Shown one piece after another: positions 12,326-21,186 of a stretch of 64,000 nt of DNA (the first letter of the stretch is position 1; each line of letters begins with the position of its first letter). Under the pieces are notes generated by a model, which did not search any database, was not told the DNA's origin, and saw nothing but the letters and a program-made list of their open reading frames with translations. The DNA is taken from positions 1,120,001 to 1,184,000 of the forward strand of contig OZ244937.1 of assembly GCA_965222075.1 (NCBI GenBank), in the 5' to 3' direction. The translations under genes and the position numbers were made by a program. The DNA comes from Candidatus Latescibacterota bacterium (lineage in GTDB: Bacteria; Latescibacterota; UBA2968; GCA-2709665).

Positions 12326-12376
12326 GCATAGGGCATGGTGCAAAGCGCATGGCGTATTGGCGCTATGCGTTATGCC
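12326..12376. repeat. Degenerate ~7-bp tandem repeats (GCATRGS-like) followed by complementary units; hairpin-forming
   Basis: gcatagg gcatggt gcaaagc gcatggc ... gctatgc gttatgc in the rpsK-rpsD spacer. Confidence 0.45.
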
Positions 12377-12395
12377 GTTTTAGGAGATGAACCGA

Positions 12396-13025
12396 ATGGC
12401 GAGGTATACGGGTCCAAATTGTAAGCTGTGTCGTCGAGAGGGTGTCAAGCTGTTTCTCAAGGGAGAGCGCTGCTATCTGGATAAATGCGCTTTTGAAAGG
12501 CGAGGCTACGCGCCGGGCATGCATGGGCAGCGCCCCAGTCGGAAACCCTCGGAGTATGCCCTTCAGCTTCGGGAGAAACAGAAGGCCAAGCGCCAGTACG
12601 GTGTTCTTGAAAACCAGTTCCGGAACTACTATCACCGGGCTGCCCGTCGAAGAGGGGTGACCGGGGAGTTGCTCTTGCAGATGCTGGAATGCCGGCTGGA
12701 CACGGTGACCCACCGCCTGGGGTTTGCGCCGTCACGGAAGGCGGCACGCCAGCTGGTTCGACACCGCCATGTCATGGTTAACGGCAAGACCGTCAATATC
12801 CCGTCCTATCAAGTTGCGCCGGGAGATACCATTCAGATCAGGAAGAAGAGCCGACAGCTTCAGTCGATCCACGAGGCCATGAAGCGAATCAGCGAAGGCC
12901 GACAGGCCCCCTGGCTTTCTCTGGATAAGGTAAACCTGAGCGGCACGTTTCTGGACTATCCCAAACGGGAAGATATCCCCACGGTGGTGGAGGAACAACT
13001 CATTGTTGAGCTCTATTCGAAGTAG
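12396..13025 (+). CDS. rpsD: 30S ribosomal protein S4
   Basis: [33 protein letters not shown]. Confidence 0.98.
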   Translation: MARYTGPNCKLCRREGVKLFLKGERCYLDKCAFERRGYAPGMHGQRPSRKPSEYALQLREKQKAKRQYGVLENQFRNYYHRAARRRGVTGELLLQMLECRLDTVTHRLGFAPSRKAARQLVRHRHVMVNGKTVNIPSYQVAPGDTIQIRKKSRQLQSIHEAMKRISEGRQAPWLSLDKVNLSGTFLDYPKREDIPTVVEEQLIVELYSK

Positions 13026-13073
13026 CGGCCTCCTTTGGGGGTCGAACACGGTCTAGCGTGAGGAGAATTGTGT

Positions 13074-14090
13074 ATGAAGCCGCAAAACTTTCAGATGCCC
13101 AGATCCGTCCAGATCAACGAGAACAGCCTGACAGAAACCTATGGGATGTTTACGGTTCAGCCCCTCGAACGCGGATTTGGGACGACGATTGGGAACGCAT
13201 TGCGGAGGGTGTTGCTCTCTTCAATCGAGGGCGCAGCCGTCAAAGCAGTCAGGATTGAGGGGGTACAGCACGAATTTTGTGTGGTCAATGGGGTTGTGGA
13301 GGACATGACGGAGCTTGTCTTAAATCTGAAAGGGGTCTGCCTCCGATGCCACGCGGAGGAAGACAAATTCTTACGGGTGAAAAAAAAGGGCGCCGGCGAG
13401 CTGACAGCGGTGGATCTTCAGGTGGATTCCGATGTTGAGATTATAAATCCGGACCTGCATATTGCGACTCTGGATAAGGATGGCCACTTAGATATGGAGA
13501 TCACAGTGGGGAAGGGGCGGGGGTATATCCTGGCCGAGGAGCATAAGTTCTCAGAACAACCGATGGGGACGATCTCCATCGATTCGGCCTTTTCTCCGAT
13601 TCGGAAGGTCCACTACGAGGTCGACAATGCCCGCGTAGGCCAGCAGACAGACTACGATAAGCTGACGCTGGAGATCTGGACCAACGGGGTGGTCCGACCC
13701 GACGATGCGGTTTCGCATGCGGCAAATGTTTTAAATGACCATCTGGAGTTGTTTATTCATCTTGAAGAAGAAGCGGAACCAGAAGAACAAGAGGTTGTCG
13801 ATGAGGAGGCCCAGCGGATTGCCAATCTCTTAACAATGCCGGTAGAGGAGCTGGAATTATCGGTTCGTTCTGCCAACTGCTTGAAAGCCGCCAGTATTCT
13901 GACGTTGGAAGATCTGGTTCAGAAGACCGAGAATGAGATGCTTAAATTCCGGAATTTCGGCCGAAAGTCGCTGAATGAGCTAACCGCTATTTTAGAGAGG
14001 TTGAATATTCAGTTTGGGATGGACGTTTCAAAATACAAAGATATCGCCGCCAAGTCTGAGCATATGGCGGCCATTGACGAAGATTTTTAA
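13074..14090 (+). CDS. rpoA: RNA polymerase alpha subunit
   Basis: PLERGFGTTIGNALRRVLLSS, LELSVRSANCL, NFGRKSL. Confidence 0.99.
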   Translation: MKPQNFQMPRSVQINENSLTETYGMFTVQPLERGFGTTIGNALRRVLLSSIEGAAVKAVRIEGVQHEFCVVNGVVEDMTELVLNLKGVCLRCHAEEDKFLRVKKKGAGELTAVDLQVDSDVEIINPDLHIATLDKDGHLDMEITVGKGRGYILAEEHKFSEQPMGTISIDSAFSPIRKVHYEVDNARVGQQTDYDKLTLEIWTNGVVRPDDAVSHAANVLNDHLELFIHLEEEAEPEEQEVVDEEAQRIANLLTMPVEELELSVRSANCLKAASILTLEDLVQKTENEMLKFRNFGRKSLNELTAILERLNIQFGMDVSKYKDIAAKSEHMAAIDEDF

Positions 14091-14104
14091 GCGGGGCAGG
14101 CGCT

Positions 14105-14638
14105 ATGAGGCACGGTAAGCAAGGGCGTAAGCTTGGCCGTACAGCGAGTCACAAGAAAGCGATGTTGAACAATATGGCCACATCGCTCTTCATACACGGA
14201 TCAATTCGTACAACCCATGCCAAGGCCAAGGAACTGCGCAGTGTGGCCGAGCGAATGATCACCTTTGCCAAGCGGGGAGGCCTCCATGCCCGGAGGCAGG
14301 TGTTCAGACGGATTCGCAACCCGGTGGTGGTTTCCAAACTGTTCGATGAGATCGGCCCGGCCTTTGCCGATCGAAACGGAGGATACACCCGGGTGCTCAA
14401 GCTGGGGCCGCGGGGGGGGGACAGCGTCGAGGTCTGTCTGGTCGAACTGGTGGGGGATGAGTTCCGGTCGGATTATGCGGAGCGTTTAGCAGCTCGAGGT
14501 GAGGCTGCTGCTGCGGAGACGACTGGGGAAGGAGGGGCGGCCGCAGGCGGCGATGCAGAAGAGGGTGAGGCTCCCGGGGCGGCCGATAAGCCCGGCGATA
14601 AGGCCGCCACAGGCTCTGAGGAGAACAAGAATACGTGA
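14105..14638 (+). CDS. rplQ: 50S ribosomal protein L17 with acidic low-complexity C-terminal extension
   Basis: MRHGK..RKLGRT, R.GGYTRV; last gene of alpha operon. Confidence 0.97.
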   Translation: MRHGKQGRKLGRTASHKKAMLNNMATSLFIHGSIRTTHAKAKELRSVAERMITFAKRGGLHARRQVFRRIRNPVVVSKLFDEIGPAFADRNGGYTRVLKLGPRGGDSVEVCLVELVGDEFRSDYAERLAARGEAAAAETTGEGGAAAGGDAEEGEAPGAADKPGDKAATGSEENKNT

Positions 14639-15936
14639 ATGGACTCGATCTGAGGGATTGGAAAACCAAAGGGCAATCTGACCGGAAGGTCGGCTTGCCC
14701 TCTTTTTTCAGTTGTTCGGTTCTCGCCCTGGCGGGATTCTGCCTGAGTTTGGGAGGCTTTACGCTTTCAGCGGAAACCGCGGAAGAGTTCCGTGGGATGT
14801 GGGTGGTGCGCCATGCGCTGACCTCTCCGGAGCGGATCCGGAAGGTTGTGGATACGGCCCGTCGTGCCCATTTTAATGTTCTGCTGGTTCAGGTCCGCGG
14901 CAGAGGAGATGCCTATTACCAGAGCCGGTTGGCGCCCGCGGGGGAGGATTTGCCGGTAGACGACCCGGATTTCGACCCTCTGGCTCTGGTTGTTCGCGAA
15001 GCGCATCGGGCAGGTTTGGAGGTACACGCCTGGGTGAACCTCTACCTGACCTGGAATCCAACCAAACGCCTTCCGCGTTCGCCCAGGCACGTTCTGTTGC
15101 AGCATCCCGAATGGTTTATGACCTCCGCAGATGGTGTCGACATGGGCCGTATGGATCTGGATGGGGTGGATCTGATGAGACGGGGCGTAGCAGGCCGCTA
15201 CCTTTCTCCTGGTATTCCCGAGGTTCGGGCGTATTTGACCCGGGTTGTTGAAGAGATCGTCAGGGGCTATGACATCGATGGTTTACACTTAGACTACGCG
15301 CGCTATCCCAACGTCCACTACGATTACAATTTGATCAGCCGAAAGGAATTTGTCAGGCGCTATCGGTTCGATCCGCTGAGCCTGGTGAACCGTGAAGGGG
15401 AGGATCTGAAGAGGGACGATCAACGGGAGGGGTTGAAGCGGGTGTGGGCGCGGTGGCGGACAGATCAGGTCAGCCTGCAGGTCGAAGAGATCCGGGGACT
15501 GCTTGCGCGCCTGAAACCCTGGATAAAACTCTCTGCGGCTGTGAAACCCGATTTTGTGATGGCCTACCATCAGTACGGGCAGGATTGGATCGGGTGGATG
15601 AACAAGCAGATGGTCGATTTTGTGGTGCCGATGCTCTATGTGGGCTCCACAGAAGAGATCGGGCGCCAGATCAGAGAAATTCGCAAATATGTCAAGCGGG
15701 GCCATCTGTACGCAGGAGTCGGGGTATGGAACCAGTCGCCCTTGAAGACCGTGGCGCAGGTTGAACAGGCCCGCCGTTTGGGGCTTAAAGGGGTCGCGCT
15801 TTTTTCATACGATAGCCTGATCGAGAAGCCGGAAGCGCTGGAACGGTTACGGAAAAGGTCCTTCCGTATGCCCTCCCAAATCCCTCGCATGGGGTGGAAG
15901 CAGGAGCGCCATGGGGTCAAAGCCCAAACGCGGTGA
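14635..15936 (+). CDS. Glycoside hydrolase family 10-like (GHL10/DUF187, YddW-like) protein, probably exported; start uncertain
   Basis: EFRGMWV, QVRGRGDAYY, DPLA....AH..GLEVHAW, YDIDGLHLDY, QDW..W, PMLY motifs. Confidence 0.8.
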   Translation: MNGLDLRDWKTKGQSDRKVGLPSFFSCSVLALAGFCLSLGGFTLSAETAEEFRGMWVVRHALTSPERIRKVVDTARRAHFNVLLVQVRGRGDAYYQSRLAPAGEDLPVDDPDFDPLALVVREAHRAGLEVHAWVNLYLTWNPTKRLPRSPRHVLLQHPEWFMTSADGVDMGRMDLDGVDLMRRGVAGRYLSPGIPEVRAYLTRVVEEIVRGYDIDGLHLDYARYPNVHYDYNLISRKEFVRRYRFDPLSLVNREGEDLKRDDQREGLKRVWARWRTDQVSLQVEEIRGLLARLKPWIKLSAAVKPDFVMAYHQYGQDWIGWMNKQMVDFVVPMLYVGSTEEIGRQIREIRKYVKRGHLYAGVGVWNQSPLKTVAQVEQARRLGLKGVALFSYDSLIEKPEALERLRKRSFRMPSQIPRMGWKQERHGVKAQTR

Positions 15937-17293
15937 ACGGGTGGAACTGGAGATTGAAGCGCTGAACAGCAAGGGGCAGGGTGTTGCCCGGATGGGGGAG
16001 TACACGGTTCGTGTACGCGGTGCGCTGCCCGGAGACCGCCTGGTTGCACGCATCGGAAGGGTGCGTCACGGGCGCCGGCAGGCCGAGGCCCAAAGAGAAG
16101 AGGTTCTTCAAACGGAGGCGGACCGCATCCCTGCCCGGTGTTGCCACTTTGGGACCTGCGGAGGGTGTCTCTGGCAGGATGTGTCCTACGAAACCCAGGT
16201 CCGCCTGAAACAGGAACTGGTGGATCGGTGCTTGAAAGAGGCGGGCATCGACGTTGTTCCGGGCCCCCCTCTGTTGGCCGAGCAGCCCTTTTTTTATCGA
16301 AACAAGATGGAGTTTTCGTTTGGCATATCCCGTGAAGACCGTGAAGACAGGGTGGATCTGGGACTCCACATACCGGGGCGGTTTGACCGGATCTTCGATC
16401 TGGAGGCCTGTCACCTCCAGTCCGAACGGTCCAATCGCATTGTGGATTGGATGCGCCGGTTTGTCAGGCAGCAAAACCTGTCTGCCTATCACTTGCATCG
16501 GCACGAAGGCCTGATGCGGTTTCTAACGGTGCGGGAGGGGAAACAGACGGGCGAGACGATGGTGATCCTGACCACATCGGGGGAGGACCTGCCCGGCGCG
16601 GAAGCGCTGGGCGAGGCCCTCAGGCAGGCGTTTCCGGAGATCAAGAGTGTGGTACACAGTATTAACCGGCGAAAGGCACAGGTCGCCATCGGCGATGAGG
16701 AAATCGTGATTTCCGGGGCCCCTACGGTTCAGGAGAGGTTGGGCAACTTTGTGTTTGAAATTTCGCCGAGTTCATTTTTTCAGCCCAATACCCTGCAGGC
16801 CGAACAGCTCTACCGGCGGGTCGTCGAACTCATAGATCCTCGGCCTGAAGATCGGGCGCTGGATGTCTATTGCGGGACAGGGGGTATTTCTCTGTTTCTG
16901 TCCGAGCGGGTCGGGCAGGTTGTGGGCGTAGAGGTGGCCGAATCAGCTGTACAGGATGCAGTGCGAAACAGTGCCAACAACGGGGTTGACAACTGCCGGT
17001 TTATTTCCGGCTCGGCAGAACAGATTCTGCATCAGCTCAAGGTTCAGGGGGAGCGCTTCGATGTGGCAGTGACAGACCCCCCCAGACCCGGGATGCACCT
17101 GAAGGCATTACAGGCCCTGGCCGAGTTGAGGCCGAATCGGATTGTTTACGTGTCGTGCAACCCACAGGTGTTGGGGGTTGATCTGAAACGACTGGAGGCC
17201 GCAGGGTATCGGGCGGACTATCTCCAGCTGGTCGACATGCTGCCCCATACGCCTCACTGTGAGGTCCTGGCGCGGTTGGTGTACATGGGATAA
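15911..17293 (+). CDS. rlmD: 23S rRNA (uracil-5)-methyltransferase, RlmD/TrmA family
   Basis: N-terminal TRAM, C..FG.CGGC Fe-S motif, SFFQ.N, DVYCGTG, DPPR.G, VYVSCNP, HCE. Confidence 0.9.
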   Translation: MGSKPKRGERVELEIEALNSKGQGVARMGEYTVRVRGALPGDRLVARIGRVRHGRRQAEAQREEVLQTEADRIPARCCHFGTCGGCLWQDVSYETQVRLKQELVDRCLKEAGIDVVPGPPLLAEQPFFYRNKMEFSFGISREDREDRVDLGLHIPGRFDRIFDLEACHLQSERSNRIVDWMRRFVRQQNLSAYHLHRHEGLMRFLTVREGKQTGETMVILTTSGEDLPGAEALGEALRQAFPEIKSVVHSINRRKAQVAIGDEEIVISGAPTVQERLGNFVFEISPSSFFQPNTLQAEQLYRRVVELIDPRPEDRALDVYCGTGGISLFLSERVGQVVGVEVAESAVQDAVRNSANNGVDNCRFISGSAEQILHQLKVQGERFDVAVTDPPRPGMHLKALQALAELRPNRIVYVSCNPQVLGVDLKRLEAAGYRADYLQLVDMLPHTPHCEVLARLVYMG

Positions 17294-17317
17294 GGGGCAA
17301 CCCTCCGGTCGCCCCTT
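17292..17317. terminator. Probable terminator hairpin between convergent rlmD and greA
   Basis: aaggggcaacc-ctcc-ggtcgcccctt inverted repeat. Confidence 0.5.
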
Positions 17318-17341
17318 ACAATGTCCTGCCTGAATCGACGC

Positions 17342-17815
17342 TCAGTCCCGGGTGATGGCCAGGATTTCGTATTTGAGCGTACCGATGGGGACTTTGGCTT
17401 CAACCTGATCTCCGATGCCCTTCCCCAGGATGGCGCGTCCGACCAGAGATTGGGTGGAAATCTTCTTCTGTTCAAAGTCGGCCTCTTCGGTTGAAACCAG
17501 GGTATACTGGATTTCTTTCCCGGTCTTCTTGTCCTTCAGGGTGACCTTGGCGCCCAGATAAGCTTTGTCTTTGGGCATCCGGCTTTCGTCTATAATCTCG
17601 GAGTAGACAAGTTTTTCCTGAAGTTCTATAATTTTGTTTTCGATAAATTCCTGTCGCTCTTTGGCCGCATGATATTCGGCGTTTTCGCTCAAATCTCCAT
17701 ATTCTCGTGCCTCGGCAATGGCTTTGATCGCGGAAGGACGCTCTTCTGTTTGAAGGCGCTCCAGTTGACTTCTGATTTTTTCGTATCCTTTTATGGTCAG
17801 ATAGACTCTGCTCAT
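17342..17815 (-). CDS. greA: Transcription elongation factor GreA
   Basis: YLT..GY, AREYGDLSENAEYHAAKE, IS..S.VGRA.LGK; ATG at 17815. Confidence 0.96.
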   Translation of the reverse strand: MSRVYLTIKGYEKIRSQLERLQTEERPSAIKAIAEAREYGDLSENAEYHAAKERQEFIENKIIELQEKLVYSEIIDESRMPKDKAYLGAKVTLKDKKTGKEIQYTLVSTEEADFEQKKISTQSLVGRAILGKGIGDQVEAKVPIGTLKYEILAITRD

Positions 17816-18077
17816 TGTGATTCTCTCGCTTCCTTTTACGGGTTTGGTTGTGTAAATTAAGAGTCCATACGAAAATTCTATCGGAGCGAATTTTCGTATG
17901 GACTCTAACGTATTAAAACTAAGATATTTAAAAGAAAAAGTCAAGTCAAAAAGAAGGAGACCGGTTGTTTTTGACATCGGTTAAACGGGGTGGTATTATC
18001 TTGAGGTCCGGGCAGACGGGGGGTGTTGTGCGGACCCTGGTGTTTCCGCTATGCTGAAAGAGAGGAGGCCTGTTGAA

Positions 18078-18995
18078 ATGGATACCGGGTTCATCCACGG
18101 GATTATTCCCGCCGTGATTACCCCGATGACTGAGGATGAAGCGTTGGACGAAGGGGGGGTTGAGCGGCTGTTGGATCACCTGATCGACCAGGGTGTGCAC
18201 GGGGTCTTCACAGGGGGGACGGCCGGGGAGTCCTGGGCGCTGACGGTAGAGGAGAAGCAAAAGCTTTACAACTGGACGGTAAAGTACACAAACGGACGGG
18301 TGCCCGTTTATGTGGGGACCGCCGCCAATACCACCCGGGAGGCCATCCTGCTGGCCGAATGCGCGCAGGAGGCGGGAGCGGATTGCCTGTCGGTGTTGAC
18401 GCCTTATTTCATCACGCCGAATGAGGAGGAGACGTTCGCATACTATGGGGCAATTGCCGGGGCCGTGGATTTGCCGGTTCTGCTCTACGACCTGCCCGCT
18501 CGAACGGGCAATCGCCTTTCGGTAGACCTTGTGATGCGGCTTGCCGGGGCTTTCGAGAATATTGTGGGGATCAAAGACAGTTCCGGAGATTTCACGCAAA
18601 CGCTTGAATACCTGCGGCGAGCGCCGGAGGGGTTCCGGGTGATTATGGGGCGGGATACGCTGATTTACGCGGCCCTGGTCCACGGAGCGGCCGGGGCGAT
18701 TGCGGCCAGCGGAAACGTGGCGCCCGAGTTGGGCGTGGCGATATATGAAAGCTATGCAAGGGGAGACCTGGAGGCGGCGCTGGATTTTCAACAGCGTCTC
18801 TCGCCCTTGCGCCAGGCATTTGCCCTGGGAACACATCCGGCCATGCTCAAGGCGGGGGCAGAGCTGGTGGGGCTGCCCGGGGGGCCTCCGCGCCGGCCTG
18901 TGAACCGGCTGTCGGAGGCAGACCGCCGGAAGTTGCAGGAGGTGCTCGTCGAAATCGGCTGCCTGCGGGAGGGGGTGGTCGGCAGGATTCCCTGA
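18078..18995 (+). CDS. Dihydrodipicolinate synthase (DapA/NanA) family aldolase
   Basis: GIIPAVITP, GTAGE, LYDLP.RTG, GIKDSSGD Schiff-base lysine. Confidence 0.88.
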   Translation: MDTGFIHGIIPAVITPMTEDEALDEGGVERLLDHLIDQGVHGVFTGGTAGESWALTVEEKQKLYNWTVKYTNGRVPVYVGTAANTTREAILLAECAQEAGADCLSVLTPYFITPNEEETFAYYGAIAGAVDLPVLLYDLPARTGNRLSVDLVMRLAGAFENIVGIKDSSGDFTQTLEYLRRAPEGFRVIMGRDTLIYAALVHGAAGAIAASGNVAPELGVAIYESYARGDLEAALDFQQRLSPLRQAFALGTHPAMLKAGAELVGLPGGPPRRPVNRLSEADRRKLQEVLVEIGCLREGVVGRIP

Positions 18996-18997
18996 GC

Positions 18998-19435
18998 CCT
19001 GGGAACGCGGGTGCCTGCCTGCGCCGACTCGGCAGGCAGGTCTCGCCCGCATGTTGGGTTAGGGCATCCATGTTGGGTATGGTCGTACAAGGCCGTAATA
19101 TCCCTGGGAACGAGGGCATCTGCCTGTGCGTGTCCGCACGCAGACAGGTCCTGCCCTCGAAAACCTGGGAGCGCGTGCGCCTGCCTGCGCCGACTCGGCA
19201 GGCAGGTCTCGCCCGCATGTTGGGTTAGGGCATGGTCGTACAAGGCCGTAATACCCCTGGGAGCGAGGGCATCTGCCTGTGCGTGTCCGCACGCAGACAG
19301 GTCCTGCCCTCGAAAACCTGGGAGCGCGTGCGCCTGCCTGCGCCGACTCGGCAGGCAGGTCTCGCCCGCATGTTGGGTTAGGGCATGGTCGTACAAGGCC
19401 GTAATACCCCTGGGAGCGAGGGCATCCTGCCCTCG
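18998..19435. repeat. Tandem array (~3 units, 153-bp period) of REP-like hairpins carrying nested palindromic inserts
   Basis: Unit start cctgggagcgcgtgcg recurs at 19164 and 19317 (variant at 18998); alternating GCGGGCG/CGCCCGC-type and CGAGGGCA/TGCCCTCG hairpins. Confidence 0.9.
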
Positions 19436-19479
19436 ACAGCAAGCGGCCGGACGTAGGTTTTAAGGCAGCTTCTGAGGGA

Positions 19480-19562
19480 ATACCAGACGTACCTCGCGCA
19501 AACAGCGGCAGAATTCGGCTCTCAAACCGCTCTTCCAACCCCCGCACTCGGGGTCGCCTCAC
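19480..19562 (-). mobile_element. IS256-like transposase fragment
   Basis: Minus-strand peptide VRRPRVRGLEERFESRILPLFAR resembles the IS256-family N-terminal region (recognition, not a database search). Confidence 0.55.
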
Positions 19563-19611
19563 TTTTTTACGGACTGACTCCCAGAGAAATTGCCATTGTA
19601 GAGAAAAGATC

Positions 19612-20992
19612 ATGAGTGCTTCCAACCAGTCCAATCCACAGGACGACCGGCTAAGCAAAGTTCTGAAAATAATCCGTGAGATAGCAGAAAAATCGGCCAG
19701 CGCCGACTACATCTATCGCGGTGAACGTAAACATTATGGTAAAGTCTCCTCAAACCTCTACCGTGAATACGTGGATAAGATAGAAGCCGAACACTTTGAC
19801 ATAGAGATTGTCCAAAAAGAAATTCTCGACAAGGCGAAACAATATACACAGGGAACCGACATTGAAATCCTGGCCGAACTCCAACACTACGGCGGTAAAA
19901 CCAACCTGATAGACTTTACGACCGACTACAACATAGCGCTTTTCTTTGCCTGCGACGGCTCCTACAACAAAGACGGAAGAGTTATCTTTAAAGAAATCGA
20001 GGCGATAAGAAAACAGGTTGAGTACCCTCGAAATCCGGAAAATCGGATTATTGCCCAGAAGAGTGTATTCGTTCGACCTCCCCAGGGTTTTATTGAACCA
20101 GACGATGTAGTCGCTATTCCAAAAGATCTCAAACAGCCCATACTAACCCACTTGAGAAAGTCTCACGGCATATCTACTGAAACCATTTACAACGATCTTC
20201 ATGGATTTATCAAAAATCAGGGCATCCATCAAAGCGCCTACACGGAGTTTTTTGCAGGTTTGACATGCTCACACAAAGGAGATTATGGCAAAGCTATATG
20301 CCATTACACCAGGGCGATAGAGTTGAAATCGGATTTTGCCAAGGCCTATAACAATCGCGGTGTCGCTTACGTTAAGAAAGGCGATGTTGACCGTGCCATC
20401 GCAGACTTAAACATAGCGATAGGACTGAAACAGAATTATGCTGAGGCCTATAACAGTCGCGGTGTTGCTTACGTTGAGAAAGGCAAGGCTAAATGTGCCA
20501 TCGCAGACTATAGCAGGGTGATACAACTGAGATCGGACGATGCCAATGCCTATTACAATCGTGGTCTTGCTTGGTTATACCTGAAACTCATCTTTCGCTT
20601 ATTTTTTTAAAGCTTTTTGAAATTGCTAAATACACCACATATAGTACTATCGAATAAGGACATACTATATATAGATTCCTCGTCGAGCCCCATTAATTCA
20701 GTAGTCAACGCTCAGAGTAGCCGTGCAAACGCTCAGAAGGCAAATTCGTAGAATATGTTACCAGATATTCGCCTTGGCTGGTCAAATCTCGGATTTGCTT
20801 TCTGAAATGAGCGAAAGATCAGTGAAAGAATGGGATAAAGCGAGATCAGACCTGAGTGTTGCCAGAGACAAGGGAGCGGAAATCATCGCTCTGTTTCATG
20901 ACATCTACAAAAACGCTGCGGACTTTGAGCGGAAGAGTGGCGTGAATCTGCCGGAAGACATCGCTGCAATGCTGACACCCCTGCAGGCATGA
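19612..20992 (+). pseudogene. FRG-domain + TPR-repeat protein, interrupted near the C-terminus by a MITE
   Basis: IYRGE, LQHYGGKTNLIDFT, RIIAQKSVF (FRG); AYNNRG-type TPRs; removing 20587-20827 rejoins ...WLYLK|EWDKARSDL... in frame to stop at 20992. Confidence 0.85.
20587..20822. mobile_element. 236-bp non-autonomous MITE with 18-bp imperfect TIRs and 5-bp TSD
   Basis: Left end ctcatctttcgcttattt, right end revcomp ctgatctttcgctcattt (16/18); TGAAA duplicated at 20582-20586 and 20823-20827. Confidence 0.9.
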
Positions 20993-21016
20993 ATGTTTAC
21001 ATACTGACAAAACCCG

Positions 21017-21136
21017 TTGTATCGGCCGTTCGTCTATGTTCACGGTGGGTCTTTCTGGATTGTAAGGTTGTTGATAGAGATCCAGGATGCCTTCCATATG
21101 CGCTACGAACGCGGCGTTTTGCTTCGGTAGGATGAC
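21017..21136 (-). mobile_element. IS630-family transposase fragment
   Basis: PKQNAAFVAHMEGILDLYQQPYNPERPTVNIDERP matches the IS630 'FVAxMEDVLxLY...DE' region. Confidence 0.7.
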
Positions 21137-21186
21137 CTCCGTATGGAGATCTAAGGAAGCACTATCCCGTACCATAGGAGGTTACC

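Noticed and set aside
17816-17977. N-terminal extension of GreA in ORF track
   Set aside because: AT-rich intergenic DNA; GreA homology begins at MSRVYLT (17815)
18998-19435. Possible CRISPR array
   Set aside because: Whole 153-bp units repeat, including the would-be spacers; no unique spacers and no cas genes
18788-19658. ORFs spanning the tandem repeat (e.g. 18788-19396, 19011-19463, 19059-19658)
   Set aside because: Translations of palindromic repeats whose period is a multiple of 3; no protein-family features beyond the short IS fragment
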